Of a DNA stretch of 64,000 bases, positions 23,408 to 35,842 are shown piece after piece; positions within the stretch are counted from its first letter, which is position 1; each line of letters opens with the position of its first letter. The stretch is from Isurus oxyrinchus (lineage: Eukaryota). The DNA is taken from NCBI GenBank assembly GCA_026770705.1, contig JANJGN010000030.1:24738001-24802000 (forward strand), in the 5' to 3' direction. A program made the translations under genes and the position numbers. A model generated the notes under the pieces. It saw nothing but the letters and a program-made list of their open reading frames with translations. It was not told the DNA's origin and did no database searches.

Positions 23408-24354
23408 CTGCAAGTCGCAAGGAAAGAACATGAGAAATAGGAACAGGAGTAGACCATTCAGCCCCTCACATCCAATATGATCAAGGCTGCTCTTTAGTCT
23501 CAATCTCACTTTCCCACCCGTTCCCCATATCCCTTGATTCCTCGAGGAACCAAAAATCTGTCTATCTCAATCTTAAATATATTCGACAGTGGAGCATCCA
23601 CAACCCTCTGGTACAGAGAATTTCAAAGTTTCACAACCCTTTTAGTGAAGAAATTTCTCCCTCTTGCAATAAATGATTGACTCTTATCCTGAGACTGTGA
23701 CCTTGTGTTCTGGATTCCCCAGCCAGTAAAGGCCTTTCAGAGATCACCTCTCATTCTTCTAAACTCCAGAGAGTATAGGCCCAATTTACTTAGCCTCTCA
23801 TCCCAGCGACCAGTCTAATGAACCTTCACTGTACTGCCTCCCACGCAAGGATTTCCTTCCTTACTTATGGAGACCAAAACTGCGCTCAGTTTTCCAAGTG
23901 TGGTCTCACCAAATTCCTGTATAATTGTAGCAAGACTTCTTTAATTTTGTGCTCCAATCCCTTTGTAGTAAAGGCCGTTTGCCTTCCTAATCGCTCTCTG
24001 TAGCTGTGTGTTAACTTGCTGTGTTAAAGATTTTGCCACACCCCTTTTGGCTTCAGAAATTAAACCAAATGTTTTGAGTGCTTGCAGCCAATCAGATTGA
24101 CTGAAGACATCGCCCTAGAGTTAGGGTTGCCAACTCTGGTTGGATGTATTCCTGGAGATGACATCACATGATCTCCTGCCCCCAATTGCCCCACCCTACA
24201 CCCCCGCTATTGGTTGCCTAACATGCCCATACTTGTGACAAACCAACTCCTTGCACCAATCAGTACGTGCATAGGCTATTCCTCATCTGATTGGATGATT
24301 TTGACTGTTGGTCAAACAGCCTTTTATTTGGATATTTTTACTACTAATGCACAG

Positions 24355-24680
24355 ACGTCACTGTGAGGCTAGTAGCTACAGGACTCACTGTGGCCTCACA
24401 GGCACAGGCCCTATGGTGAGGCCTACAACTACAGGACTCCATGTGAGGCCCTCACAGGTACAGGCCCCACCGTGAGGCCTACAACTACAGGATTCCATGT
24501 GAGGCCCTCACAGGTACAGGCCCCACCGTGAGGCCTACAACTACAGGACTCCATGTGAGGCCCTCACAGGTACAGGCCCCACCGTGAGGCCTACAACTAC
24601 AGGACTCCATGTGAGGCCCTCACAGGTACAGGCCCCACCGTGAAGCCTACAACTACAGGACTCCCTGTGAGGCCTTCACA
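24355..24680. repeat. ~59-bp tandem repeat
   Basis: gtgaggcctacaactacaggactccatgtgaggccctcacaggtacaggccccacc repeated about 5 times. Confidence 0.9.
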
Positions 24681-24787
24681 GCCTGAATCTGGAGCTTGTA
24701 CCTTGCGCTATATTTTCCAGTTTTCATCCTTTGCTGGCACCATTCTTGGGCGTTCTTTGTTTCTGTTTGGTTAAAAAAAAAACCTAC

Positions 24788-25004
24788 CGGACTGACACTG
24801 AGCTGCCTGCTGGCCCATGGCACCTTCATATCTTCTGCTCCCGTGACTGGAGACTGGCATTTCCTGGAATCCAAACTCTCCGCGCTATCGGTAGACTCCT
24901 TGTCACAGGATAAGTTGAGGGCGGACACGTTGGTGGATGCAGCAGATCGCCTCAGCTCTGGACAGGAGAGCTGTGCATCATCAATTATCTTATTGCGTTC
25001 AGTC
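24788..25004 (-). CDS. Unnamed coiled-coil gene, exon (TERNKIIDDAQLSCPELRRSAAS..WASRQLSVSP)
   Basis: Acceptor tttttatttccctag, donor CCG|gtaggt, 217 nt, phase 2-0, matching both neighbours. Confidence 0.75.
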
Positions 25005-25366
25005 CTAGGGAAATAAAAATTAAGGTAGCAAGCTAATAGTTTGGAGAAGATCACTGCCTTCCATTTTGCCCCTAGCTCTCTTATCAGTCATGTTCAAATC
25101 CCTTGTTGAAGTGGGCAAGAGATGAGATCCTAAGATTCTACCAGTTGCAAGGGTAGCTGTTATAGCTGTGGTTCAGTGGGAGAGACTTGAGCATAAATTC
25201 TAGGCTAACACTCCAGTGCAGTACTGAGTTGAGACATTAGACGCCCTATCTGCCTGCTCACGTGGATGTAAAAGATCCCATGGCACTATTTTGAAGAGGA
25301 TCAGGGGAAATCCCCCGGTACCCTGGCCAATATTTATCCCTCAGTCAACATCGCTAAAATGGATTG

Positions 25367-26540
25367 ACCCAGGTCTTCCAGGCTCGACATTCCCTGGAAG
25401 GTGCACTATGGGACCCCTCGGGAGCCCCAACACAAGGACTCAGTGGGAATTGCCCAGGATGTTTCAACTTCTGATAGGCAATTCCGCTGCTCCCGGGGGC
25501 CCTCTGGGAAAAGTCTCCAACTCTGAGTTAGAGTCAGAAACTTTGGAGAGCTCCCACTCACTAACCTGGATAGTTCCCAGGGAATGTTAGAAAAAAATCC
25601 ATGTCAAACTCCTGGGTAACTAGACAACTGACCCCCCCCCCCAATCCGGACTCCCCACTGATAATCCCTTGATCTCCCAATCTCCATCCTCCAACTCCCT
25701 CGACCCTCTGACACTCCCCCCTCCAATCCTCCAACTCCCCTCCAGCCCCGCCCTCCGATCCTCCGACTGCTCAATGACCCTCTGACTAACCCCCGCCCCT
25801 CTGACTAACCCCCGCCCCTCTGACTAACCCCCGCCCCTTTGACTCATCTCCTGACTCTCTGACTCCCAACCCCGGCCCTCCAATTCCACCCCCCCCACCG
25901 ACCCTCTGACTCCCCTCAATCTTCTGACTCCCAACCCCCCACCCTCCGACTCACCCCCTGCCCCTCGGACACACCTCTTGACTCTCTGATCTCCCCCACC
26001 AAACTCTCCGACTCCCAATCCCGGCCCTCCGACTCCCTCTGACCCTCCAATTCCTCCCGATCCTCTGACCCCTCCTCCGACCCCTGGCCCTCTGACTCCC
26101 CTCTGACCCTCCAACTCACCTCTGACCCCGTGGCTCCCCCCTCTGACACCCCGACCCTCTGACTCTCCTCCCACCCTCCGACTCCCCCACTGAGCGGAGC
26201 TGACCTGACATCACTAATCACCCAGCTGGCACTTACCCACCCTGCCACCTATTACCCTGCCCCTTTACCCACTCTGCCCATTTAACCTCACTCACACTCA
26301 TTCACTAACGCACTGAAGAGCTATTTAAATCCCCCGAAGCTTATCATTGTGTTAGTGAATGAAAACTTACCAAAAAAACAGCAGCTAGTGCCATAAAAGG
26401 GGGCCACGGTTTGGCTTCCCCTGATGATCCTGCACTGCGAGGAAGGACTCCGAGAACAGGCGTGCTCCACGTTTCAGAAGGGGCCTGATTCGGAAGTCGG
26501 GGGCAGAACTGCGGCGATCCAACATTGTGCAAAGGAAATA
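25367..26540 (+). mobile_element. Second copy of the TIR element family seen at 8985-10895 (no captured fragment), nested in a Deu-SINE
   Basis: Shared arm sequences and C-rich internal array; SINE sequence resumes after ~26545. Confidence 0.65.
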
Positions 26541-26967
26541 GGACCAGAGTGGTCATCCAGTGGGGTTGCCACTGCTCGGAAGGTTCACCCATTATCTGCT
26601 CATTGTCACCTCCTTGTTTACGGGAGCTTGCTGTGCACAAATTGGCTGCCCCATTTACTTACGCTATAACAGTGATTACGCTGTGTAAAGTGCTACATTG
26701 GCTGTTCTAGTGCTTTGGGGCCCATCAGCTAAAACAGCAGCTTTCCTTATTTTAGAACCTTGATGGTCTTGTAGGTGTGTTCGAATAACTAACTCCTGCT
26801 CCCACGAGGAAGTGGAAAGGAGAAAGACTTGCATTTCTCTAGCACCTTACACTGAGGTTGAGGGAGCAAGTGTACATCCTATTAGCGATTTGAACACCTC
26901 TAGAGGACCATAAAGACTTTAAAATAAGGGAAGCTGCTATTTTAGCCGATGGGTATGATATAACATG

Positions 26968-26987
26968 TAGACCACTAGGTGGCAGTA
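26968..26987 (+). promoter_or_regulatory. CTCF-like motif
   Basis: tagaccactaggtggcagta matches the CCACYAGRKGGCRS core. Confidence 0.5.
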
Positions 26988-28199
26988 TACTCCCATTGGC
27001 GAACCCACCCAGAAGCTGGAAAGGTAGAACAGACGTATTAAGTGAATAGAATTCAAATTTGAGTGAAAGGTTTTACATAAATGAAAAAGCTGATTCTCCC
27101 CCGATTGGTCAAAAAGATCGAGCGAGTCAAAAAGACTGAGATGTTTTTACTGTTATAAAGTCAGACATTTAAAGGCAAATTGTTGGAAGTTAAACTGGTG
27201 GCAGCACAAAATTGCATGAATCGATATTGAAAGATGGACTCACTCAGAGAATGCAGGTATTGACAATACGTCATGCGTGTGCATTATAGGAATCATTTCT
27301 GAGGCTCGAGTGAAGCTACCTTGGCCTGGATTTTGGGTTCTAAGGGCAGCTTACTCCCAATTAGTGAGAAATAGGCTTTGCACAAAGGAGGTGATATTAG
27401 GACAGGTGATGGGAAACTTGGCCAATGAGCTAGGCTTTAAGGAGGATGGACCAAATGGCCTCCTTTTTTGCTGTAACGACTCTATGTGGAGAGGTTAAGG
27501 AGGGGAATCCCAGAGCTTACAGCTTAAATGACTGAAGCCACAGGCAGCAAGGGTGGAACGAAAGAAATGGTGGACCATAAGTTGCCAGTCACTGAGACAG
27601 AAAATAGAGACAGGTTCAACAGACATCCAAGTACGTTATGTAGAAAGAGGGGGGGGTGGAGAGATACAGAAAGGAGCTGAGAACCAGTGTTTGAAATCAG
27701 TCAAAGAAAGATGGATCCAATGGCCAAGGTTGGAGAAACGAAGGCGGAAACGTTGACAAATTTCTAGCCGAATTTCCCTGCACCTGAGTTTGGGGAGACG
27801 ATGTTGAAATGTCACGGGACTAGTAATCCAGAGGCCCGGACTAGTGCTGTGGGGACATGGGTTCAAATCCCTCCACAACATCTGGTGGAATTTACATTCA
27901 GTTAATAAATCTTGAATTGAAAGCCAGTCTCAGTGATGGGGTGACCCCATGACACGTAGACCATCTGTTGTTAAAAACCCACCTGGTTCACTAATGCCCT
28001 TTAGGGAAGGAAATCTGCCATCCTTACCTGGTTTGGACTGCACGTGACTCCAGACCCCCACACCAATGTGGATGGCGCTTAACTGCTCTCTGAAATGTCT
28101 TACCAAGCCACTAGGTCAAGGGTAATTAGGGATGCTGGTCTTGCCAGCAATGTCCACATCCCATGAAAGAATAGAGAAAAAAAGAATCACATCACTGTT

Positions 28200-28520
28200 T
28201 GCTAGTACAACACTTGAGTATTGCTGGAAAGGGAGACATGTAGAAGCTTTTCGTCTTGCACTCATCAGGGCCAATATCAATATAAGGGGGAAACAACAAT
28301 TTATACTGTATGTGAAGAGTGCTGATTAGTTGGCAAGTGGACTCTGATTGGAAGAGGTGTTGCCATGGAGAATTCATGATGGTGATGGTGACTGACAGTT
28401 AACTGCCCAGCATTGTTTGGAAGTTAAACCAGTATAAATTGTTGTTTTCCCCTTTTTTTAAGTGCCCTGATGAGTGCAAGACGAAAAGCTTTGACATGTC
28501 TCTTTTTTCAGCAACACTCA
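28200..28520. mobile_element. Palindromic element with two outward-facing hammerhead motifs (minus 28241-28270; plus 28463-28496)
   Basis: Both arms carry CTGATGA gtgcaagac GAAA agct T(C/T) with intact G-C stem II closing pair. Confidence 0.75.
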
Positions 28521-28836
28521 AAAAGAATCACGGTGGGTGGGGACCTTTTGTCACATTTGCCCTGCAGAAATGTGCAAAATGGGTGGAAATTTGGTGTAAG
28601 GTGATCTCTGCCTGATGGTGCGATCCAATTTGCGGAAATCAATTTGGGCATCAGTAACCCTGCTCTGTAGCGTAAGTCGAAATTTGTTCTGCAGCAGGAA
28701 CCTAACCTGGACATGACTGCTGTGTGCAAAAGGGAGAGCAGTCTTTACCCTGCACAAACATCCCTTAGCCTAACGACTGCTTAGCATCATTGAACTTTAG
28801 AAGCCATCAAAGTGAGTCGATAAAGCCACTTAATAC

Positions 28837-29037
28837 CCGTGGAAGGAGACGGACTTTTTCTTCTTGGTGAAGAGCCATTTTTTCTCTTTCTTCGTGTGCT
28901 CGAGGTTGATGCCTGACATGTCTCCTTTGCATCTGATCTGCTCCTGACTGGTGTTCCGGTGCTGGCTCAGCTCGTCGGACTGCCAGATTGTTTTGAAGAC
29001 AATCTCCGTCATTCTTCGAGGCCTCACTGTCTCGATG
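28837..29037 (-). CDS. Unnamed coiled-coil gene, exon (IETVRPRRMTEIVFKTIWQSDE..KKEKKWLFTKKKKSVSFH)
   Basis: Acceptor cctcaccctctcactccag, donor GG|gtatta, 201 nt, phase 2-2, strong C/G third-position bias. Confidence 0.75.
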
Positions 29038-29141
29038 CTGGAGTGAGAGGGTGAGGAAGTGGCTGGCGGGGCAAGGCAGCGAGTTGGGATGGGTGTGGCC
29101 AGGAAAGAGATCCACTCAACTTAATCAGTGGGTTAACTCGC

Positions 29142-29182
29142 CTCACATTTTCTTTACTTGCTCTGGTAAGGAACGCCTCCAT
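29142..29182 (-). CDS. Unnamed coiled-coil gene, candidate first coding exon (MEAFLTRASKENV)
   Basis: ATG with G at +4; in-frame join needs the GC donor AG|gcgagt and a 104-nt intron. Alternative start is the MTEIV Met in the next exon. Confidence 0.45.
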
Positions 29183-29313
29183 CAACGGCCCAGGAGAATT
29201 CCTTTCTCACAGGAAGAGAAACAACACAGAGAACAATGGGTCATGATAGCAGAAGCAAATCTCATAACAGTGGAAAGAACATAGAGATTGAAGTTCCATA
29301 ACAGCCGAGAGAA

Positions 29314-29595
29314 TGCAGGAAGTGACGCATCACAATAGCATAAAGAACACAGGAAGTGATGCGTCACAATAGCATAAAGAACACAGGAAGTGATGCATCA
29401 CAATAGCCTAAAGAACACAGGAAGTGATGCGTCACAATAGCATAAAGAACACAGGAAGTGATGCATCACAATAGCATAAAGAACACAGGAAGTGATGTGT
29501 CACAATAGCGTAAAGAACACAGGAAGTGATGCATCACAATAGCGTAAAGAACACAGGAAGTGACGCGTCACAATAGTGTAAAGAACACAGGAAAT
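29314..29595. repeat. 34-bp VNTR, 8 full copies, each with caggaagtgaYgcRtcac
   Basis: Units start at 29317, 29351, 29385, 29419, 29453, 29487, 29521, 29555. Confidence 0.95.
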
Positions 29596-29669
29596 GAGGT
29601 GTCTAGGGAGGCCAGACATCTGTTTTTTTTTAGTGGACAGTCCAGCTTTAACCTGAACTGCCACTATCC

Positions 29670-30420
29670 AACAAAAGGCTAGTATGCAGGAACAGCAGGC
29701 AATTAGGAAAGCTAATAGAATGTCATCATTTATTATGAGGGAAATTGATTACGAGAGTACGGAAGTTATGCTCCAGTTGTACAGGGCACTGGTGAGACCA
29801 CATCTGGAGTACTGTGTACAGTCCTGGTCTCCTTATTTAAAGAGAGATGTAAATGCATTAGAGGCAGTTCAGAGATTCACTAGACTAATACCAGGAATGG
29901 GAGGGTTTTTTTCATTCATTCATTCATGGGATGTGGTCCTTGCTAGCCAGGCCAGCGTTTATTGTCTTTGAGGAAAGGCTGGACAGGTTAGGTTTGTATC
30001 CGCTGGAATTTAGAAGATTAAGAGGCAACTTAATTGAAATCTTTAAGATCCTGAAGGGCCTTGACAGGGTGAATGTGGAGAGGATGTTTCCTCTTGTGGG
30101 AGTATCTAGAACTAGGAGTCACTGTTTAAAATTGAGGGGTCGGTCATTTAAGGCAGAGATGAGGAGAATTTTTTTCTCTCGGAGGGTTATGAATCTTTGG
30201 AACTGTCTTCCTCGAAAGGTGGTGGAAGCAGAGACTTTGAATATTTTTAAGGCAGAGCTAGATAGATTCTTGATTAACAAGGGGGTGAAAGGTTATCGGG
30301 GATAGGCAGGAATGTGGGGTTGAGGTTATAATCAGATCAGCCATGATTGTATTGAATGGCGGAGCAGGCTCAAGGGGTGGAGCCTGCTCCTAATTCATAT
30401 GTCCATATGTCCATATGTCC
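29670..30420 (+). mobile_element. CR1-type LINE 3' fragment
   Basis: AIRKANRM..LQLYRALVRPHLEYCVQSWSP..; RRLRGNLIEIFKILKG. Confidence 0.9.
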
Positions 30421-30738
30421 ATTACGAGGTGGCTTCACATCTGGTATTTTGACCCTTAGTCCACTTACCTTAGCCTGTGTTTATTCTTTTCTCCATCTGC
30501 AGCAGTATCAATGCATGGAGCCCAAAAACAGGGTTGTATTCATAATTTTTTCCCACCCCTGCCCCTCTTGTTGTCTCTCAAACAATCCTGAAACTCCAGA
30601 CATGATGACGTCAATGTGCAAATGATTACATCACCACATGCATGATGATGTCACCTGTACTTGATGGCATCATCCCATGTGCGATGACATCATTCCTTGC
30701 TACAGTCTTTGGTTGTGGTGGTTTCTGGTGCTGGCCAC

Positions 30739-31245
30739 TGTAATATTCAATTGTTTGGTGTTTGATTATTTGTGCCTGTTAACTGCTCTGTGTGTTGTTA
30801 GTCAAGCCTGTGGGTGTAGTTAGTGAAGCAGAAACTAAACTGAAAGCGAGGAGCTACAAGCACAGGAGGGCAGACATTTAAAGAACACCATAAATAAAGC
30901 TCCTGTTTAGGCAAGAAACTGGAGTGTCATCTCTGCATATCTCCAAGGCATAAGATGTAACAACTGTTGACGAAATGGAGAATAATTTACATTTACTGGT
31001 TTTAGCATTTTTTCTTTCATTGCTGGGACATCCACCCATGCTACTGGATCGATGGATTTCAGATTTCAGCACCTATTCTCTCGCTAGGGGATGGATAGTC
31101 CACATGTAGTAGCAACTAGAGGGTGATACTCGCACATTGTCTTGGAGCAGAAGGGCAGTGAATATTCAAACGGCTCTCACATGATACATCCACATTTGAT
31201 ACGGCTGGAAGTGGTCTCGAAAAATTCTTGGGCCAAAAAAGGGAG
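30739..31245 (+). mobile_element. Decayed Ty3/Gypsy 5' LTR plus start of gag
   Basis: LTR with aataaa ending ..gtaaca (~30962), PBS-like actgttgacga, then FLSLLGHPPMLLDRWISDFSTYSLARG..RVILAHCLGAEGQ*IFKRL. Confidence 0.6.
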
Positions 31246-31257
31246 TTCAGAAAGTTG

Positions 31258-31310
31258 TTAAGTGCCTAATCTGAAGATGAGGTGCTGTTCCTCCAGTTTG
31301 CGTTGGTAAC
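31258..31310 (-). mobile_element. Penelope-like element fragment (end of GIY-YIG ORF)
   Basis: Peptide QRKLEEQHLIFRLGT typical of vertebrate PLE C-termini. Confidence 0.65.
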
Positions 31311-32077
31311 TGATATCAGTTAGTCCAGCATGAAACATAAATCGAACAAGGGTTTTGGGTTCATCTTCATGGTCTGACTGAGCTACTGGGAAACTAAACT
31401 TCATTCTGATTCTAATACGCTGCCTATCTGAATCTTGGTTAGAACAACTGAACAATACAGAAACAGGCCATTTGGCCCATCGGCCCCATGCTGGTGGTTT
31501 TTGCTCCACATGAGCTTCCTCCCACTCTACTTCATCTCATCATCCTATCAGCACAAGCTCCTATTCATTTCTCCCTTGTGAGTTTATCTGGTTTTCCATT
31601 AAATGCATTTATATTATTCACCTCAACCACTCCATCTGGCAGGGTGTGCCCACCATCTCCTGTGTAAAGAATTTCCTCTTGAATTCTCCACATTTATTTT
31701 CGTCTCCTCCACATTTTGGAGATACCTTCTCTACATCAGTCTTATTGCACCGTTCATAATCACATAGACCTCTATTAGGCCACGTCTCAGCCTTCCCTTT
31801 TCTGGATAAAAATGCCTCAGTTGGTTTGTTCTTTCACGATTTTCTTTGGTAGATTTTCCAGTTAGTAATTTTTCTTTATTAATGTTATGTTATAAATGTG
31901 TATTATGGCTCCATCTGGCTAATATTCAAGTAATAAGACTTGGTTGCATTATTTGGGTGCCTTAAAGACAGTAATGTCAGTGTAACGTTACTTTATTACA
32001 ATAATGTCAGTGTAATTTTTTTCTTCCTTGTTTATTATTGCAATGTTCACGTCTCACTCAGAGTTTTAGTGTATAAA

Positions 32078-33205
32078 TTGTTACAGTCTCCATAGAGACT
32101 GATATATCGGTTTAAAGAGAAATTTAAACTTGCAGTTCTTCGCTGAAAGGATGACATGTTAAGATTTCGTGTGTCATGAAAAGCCTATCACTGCCATGAA
32201 TTACTTATGGGCACACTGAGCTTTTTAAGGAAAACGTGCATGTTTTTAAAGAAATATAAGCAAAGACACTGAGCAAAAGCTGGCTGACAATGTAAAGTGA
32301 CCACTTTCTGGAAAATTCCTATGTGAATTACGACTTGACAGACCTGTCCTGAGAGAACATGGGATGTTGCACCAGAAAAGGTGTCATAGCCTTTTTCAAG
32401 CAGGGATACTTGAAAGGGAGATAGGAAAGATGCTGAAGACTGAACTTAAATCTCCTGTGGTTGCAGAGACAAAAGACTGATTTGCACCTCTCAGCAGTTA
32501 GCCAAAAATCCATCTCCTGTTGATTTATATCTCCAGAATGTATAAATAGTTCTGAGATGAATGCAAAATGCTTATTTCCTCTCATGGAATACACAGGGGA
32601 AAAAAGGGTTGAAAAGCTGGTGTGCTAGTGTGACTGTGTGTGACAGCAAGCAGAAGAACAAACTAATAACCCCCCAGCGGCTTACAAGTGAAAGATCTCT
32701 CTCTCTCTTTCTCTCTCTTTCTATTGCTGGAGGCAAAGCTCAGCAAAAGCTATAATCTAAAGGAAATAGGACAGCCTTTCAGCCACCCTGCAGAACCAAG
32801 CATCTCCAAAGCTAACTGCAAAACCACCAAAGTCAGTTCTACTGGAATCACCCAACCTCATGGCTGCAATGTACTGCCATCTACACCTCACGGACAAGCC
32901 AAAGACTGATTCGTATTTTTAAAGACTTTTATTTGGACTCTTAACTTCTCATTTCTGATCTAGGTGTATGTGTGTTGTGTTTTTATTATTTTTTCTTGGG
33001 TTTCAGTAACTAATAAACTTACACTTTCTTTGACTCAAGAAAACCTCATTAAATTGACTCCTTCTTAAAAAAAAAACACACTTGGACTGGGAAAAGGTAT
33101 CCGCAGGGGAAGGGATGCCTTTCAAATTAACCTCGTTGCGACCAACTGAGGGGGTTGAGTAAAGAAGGGGAGCCAGCTCATTCCTCCTCACCCGAGAGCA
33201 TAACA
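32078..33205 (+). mobile_element. LTR-like sequence (ERV/Gypsy)
   Basis: aataaa at ~33011, ends ..cataaca followed by PBS-like tggggtcc; 5' boundary approximate. Confidence 0.5.
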
Positions 33206-35090
33206 AAACTGGGGTCCCTTTCAGGAGGTTAATATATTGGGGGGCCTCGGGGTTGTAACACATGTTTTAAAAGAACTTTTACTGTATCAATGACTAAAGG
33301 CAGAACACTATTAAGTAAACACTATTTCCTTTCTCATAGGAAACTTGTTCTTTAAAATACCAAACGGTTTGCCCTTTTCTGCTTTTAATGAGAACCATAA
33401 ACCTCAATTCTGTTACGTTACTTGGTCCCTTAAGTGGACATCTAATCTCTTGGAATCAATCCAAAGTGTTTCGCAGCTCCCGATGGGTTTACTTCTGTTC
33501 TTTTTCTTTCCCAATATTATCTTCCACTGAGAGAGTTTTCCTGGGGATTCCCCCTTGAGCTTCAGCAAGGCCAATCCCCCAGCCTTGTTTTAACTCCTCA
33601 CGAGGCCGATCTACAAACTGAGTGCAAGCTCCCACCCTTAGTCCATGTGGTGAATGGTAGAGTCAGCATTTTCTCTGCCCAAGGCCTGGTTAACATCTAT
33701 CTCTTTTTTTGTGACCAACTCCCAGTCAGCTGAAGGTCCCCCAACACCAAACTGCAACTTCCACTCTATCTGTGGATACCTCTGGGTTTTTAGGGAAGCC
33801 TATAACCTGATCTCAAAATGGCCTCCTCTACCCTCCTCCCCATGGCAACAGGAAACACACTAACCTTATATCTAAGTAGAAATATTAATCAGCTATCTCT
33901 GATCACCACTGTTTTTCATCTTAGAAACTAAGGAACACGTTCCAGCACAACTATTTACAGTTTGATATTGATAACACCTTTCTGGATCTTAGAAGACTTG
34001 TGGTCTTTTTACTTTGGACTTAGAAAGAGCTTTCATTGTCCCCAAGTAAAAATTTGGCACTTCCCTTTCAATAACACAATTTGAGTCTTCTTATGATCTT
34101 TAACAATTAAACCTCCCCGAGTTTACCATCATTAGCTGCAGATAACATCTTGAGGGGTCTTGACAGGGCGCATCTGGAAATGATGTTTCCTCTTGTGGGA
34201 GAATCTAGAACTAGGGGGGGTCACAGTTTTAAAATAAGGGGTCACCCATTTAAGACAGAGATGAGGAGAAATTTTTTCCCTCAGAGGGTCATGAGCCTTT
34301 GGAACTCAGTTCCTCAAGAAGTGAGTGGAAGCAGAGTCTTAATACTTTTAAGGCAGAGGTAGATAGCCTTGATCAGCAAAGGTGTGAAAGGTTATATGGG
34401 TTGGGTGGGAATGTGGAGTTGAGGTAACAATCAGATCAGTCATGATCTTATTGACTGGCGGAACAGACTCAAGGGGCCGAGTGGCCTACTCCTGCTCCTC
34501 ATTCATATGTTCGTATTTAATCTACATTTACAGATACAGCCCCAAACTATGATAATCTTATCAACCAAAAAATATAGTCCTAAAGCATAACAATCGTGTA
34601 AAGCTCACACATGTAACAAAATAAAGGAACAAACAAAATCAGATGTCCCAGGGAGATTGGAAATTTCCTGAACCTGCCAGCAGTCTAAGGGTTAAATTGT
34701 AATGGCCTTACAAATTAATCGTTCTACTTGTTCAAAGGAAAATACCAAGATTTAACCTCTTTACAGAGTCAAAAGATGCAGTTTACAATGCAAGAAGAAG
34801 ACATTCAGCCCATTATCTCTGTGCTGGCCCTTTGCCTCGAGCATTTCTTGCTCTGCACCAGCCACCCTACACACACAAGTACAAAAAGCTTTGCAACAAC
34901 TGTGATTGCGAGCTTCCAGCTTGGGAAAGGAGGGAACCACATCGGGATCAGGAGTTCCAGACTCAGTCCCACGGGACTGGAATTTAGCCTTGGCTTGTTG
35001 TGCATGATTGGACGGCGAAGTTAAGGACCCTGGCACTCACAGTGCGACTCCACGGTTAACGTTGGTGAGGCTGTTTTCATTATCGAATAG

Positions 35091-35122
35091 TTATGGCTTG
35101 CTGTCTTTTTTAGATGAAGGAC
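35091..35122 (-). CDS. TRPM4: TRPM4-like channel, terminal coding exon ((G)PSSKKDSKP*)
   Basis: Acceptor ttttttttctaacag, phase 1 matches previous exon, TAA at 35091-35093; resembles the short GSKD* end of mammalian TRPM4. Confidence 0.75.
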
Positions 35123-35842
35123 CTGTTAGAAAAAAAAGTAATAACTGAAGAACCTAAAGAATGATTCTAAAGAGTCATCAACCAAGATTGATAGGTTTAT
35201 TTTGGGTAAGAGTATTAAGGGTCACGGGACCAAGGCAGGCAGATGGAGTTAGGATATGGGCCAGGCTGATGGAACAGGCTTGAGGGGCTGAAGAGTCTCC
35301 TCTGGGTGTTCCATGGCAGTGGGATGCCTCATCAGCATTGTGAGATGGCAGCAAGTCCATCTGTGCCCCCAGTGGCATGGGCAAAATCACTCTGCCCGTA
35401 TGTGCGGCATGCCTCCCACTCTAGAACAATTAATTCCTCACTAGGATGGGGCGTATTCCTGGAGGTTTTGTCCCATGACCTCCATCTGTGCCTCGCCCCC
35501 TCCCCCTCCAACACGTTCACCCCACTGGTCCATCCTCCAAACACCACTGCCTTCCCACGGCCAATTGCAAAGGTCTGTTCAGCCCTCCGTTATCCAATTG
35601 GATTCTCGCGTGTTCCACGCCTCCAATTTATTTTGGTTAATAAATAACTGCATGCAAAAAATATATATATTTTTTTTAACGAGACTTCATTTTCTTCTGG
35701 ATGTTGCTCATAGAAGTGGCAAGGAGATTAATCTTTAATTCCTTGGACATTCCATGACACTCATGGAGGGTTTCAAACATAAGCAACTAAGTCCTTCCAG
35801 ATCCATTTGAGGGGGTGTCATTTCTTATGATATTTATGGTAC

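Noticed and set aside
24702-24787. Longer version of exon 24788-25004 ending at AG|gtacaa
   Set aside because: Weaker donor, and phase 2 hits a stop in the next exon.
29314-29595. CRISPR-like appearance of regularly spaced palindromic repeats (also 24355-24680, 50560-52175, 1480-2160)
   Set aside because: Units are head-to-tail with no unique spacers, there are no cas genes, and the context is vertebrate.
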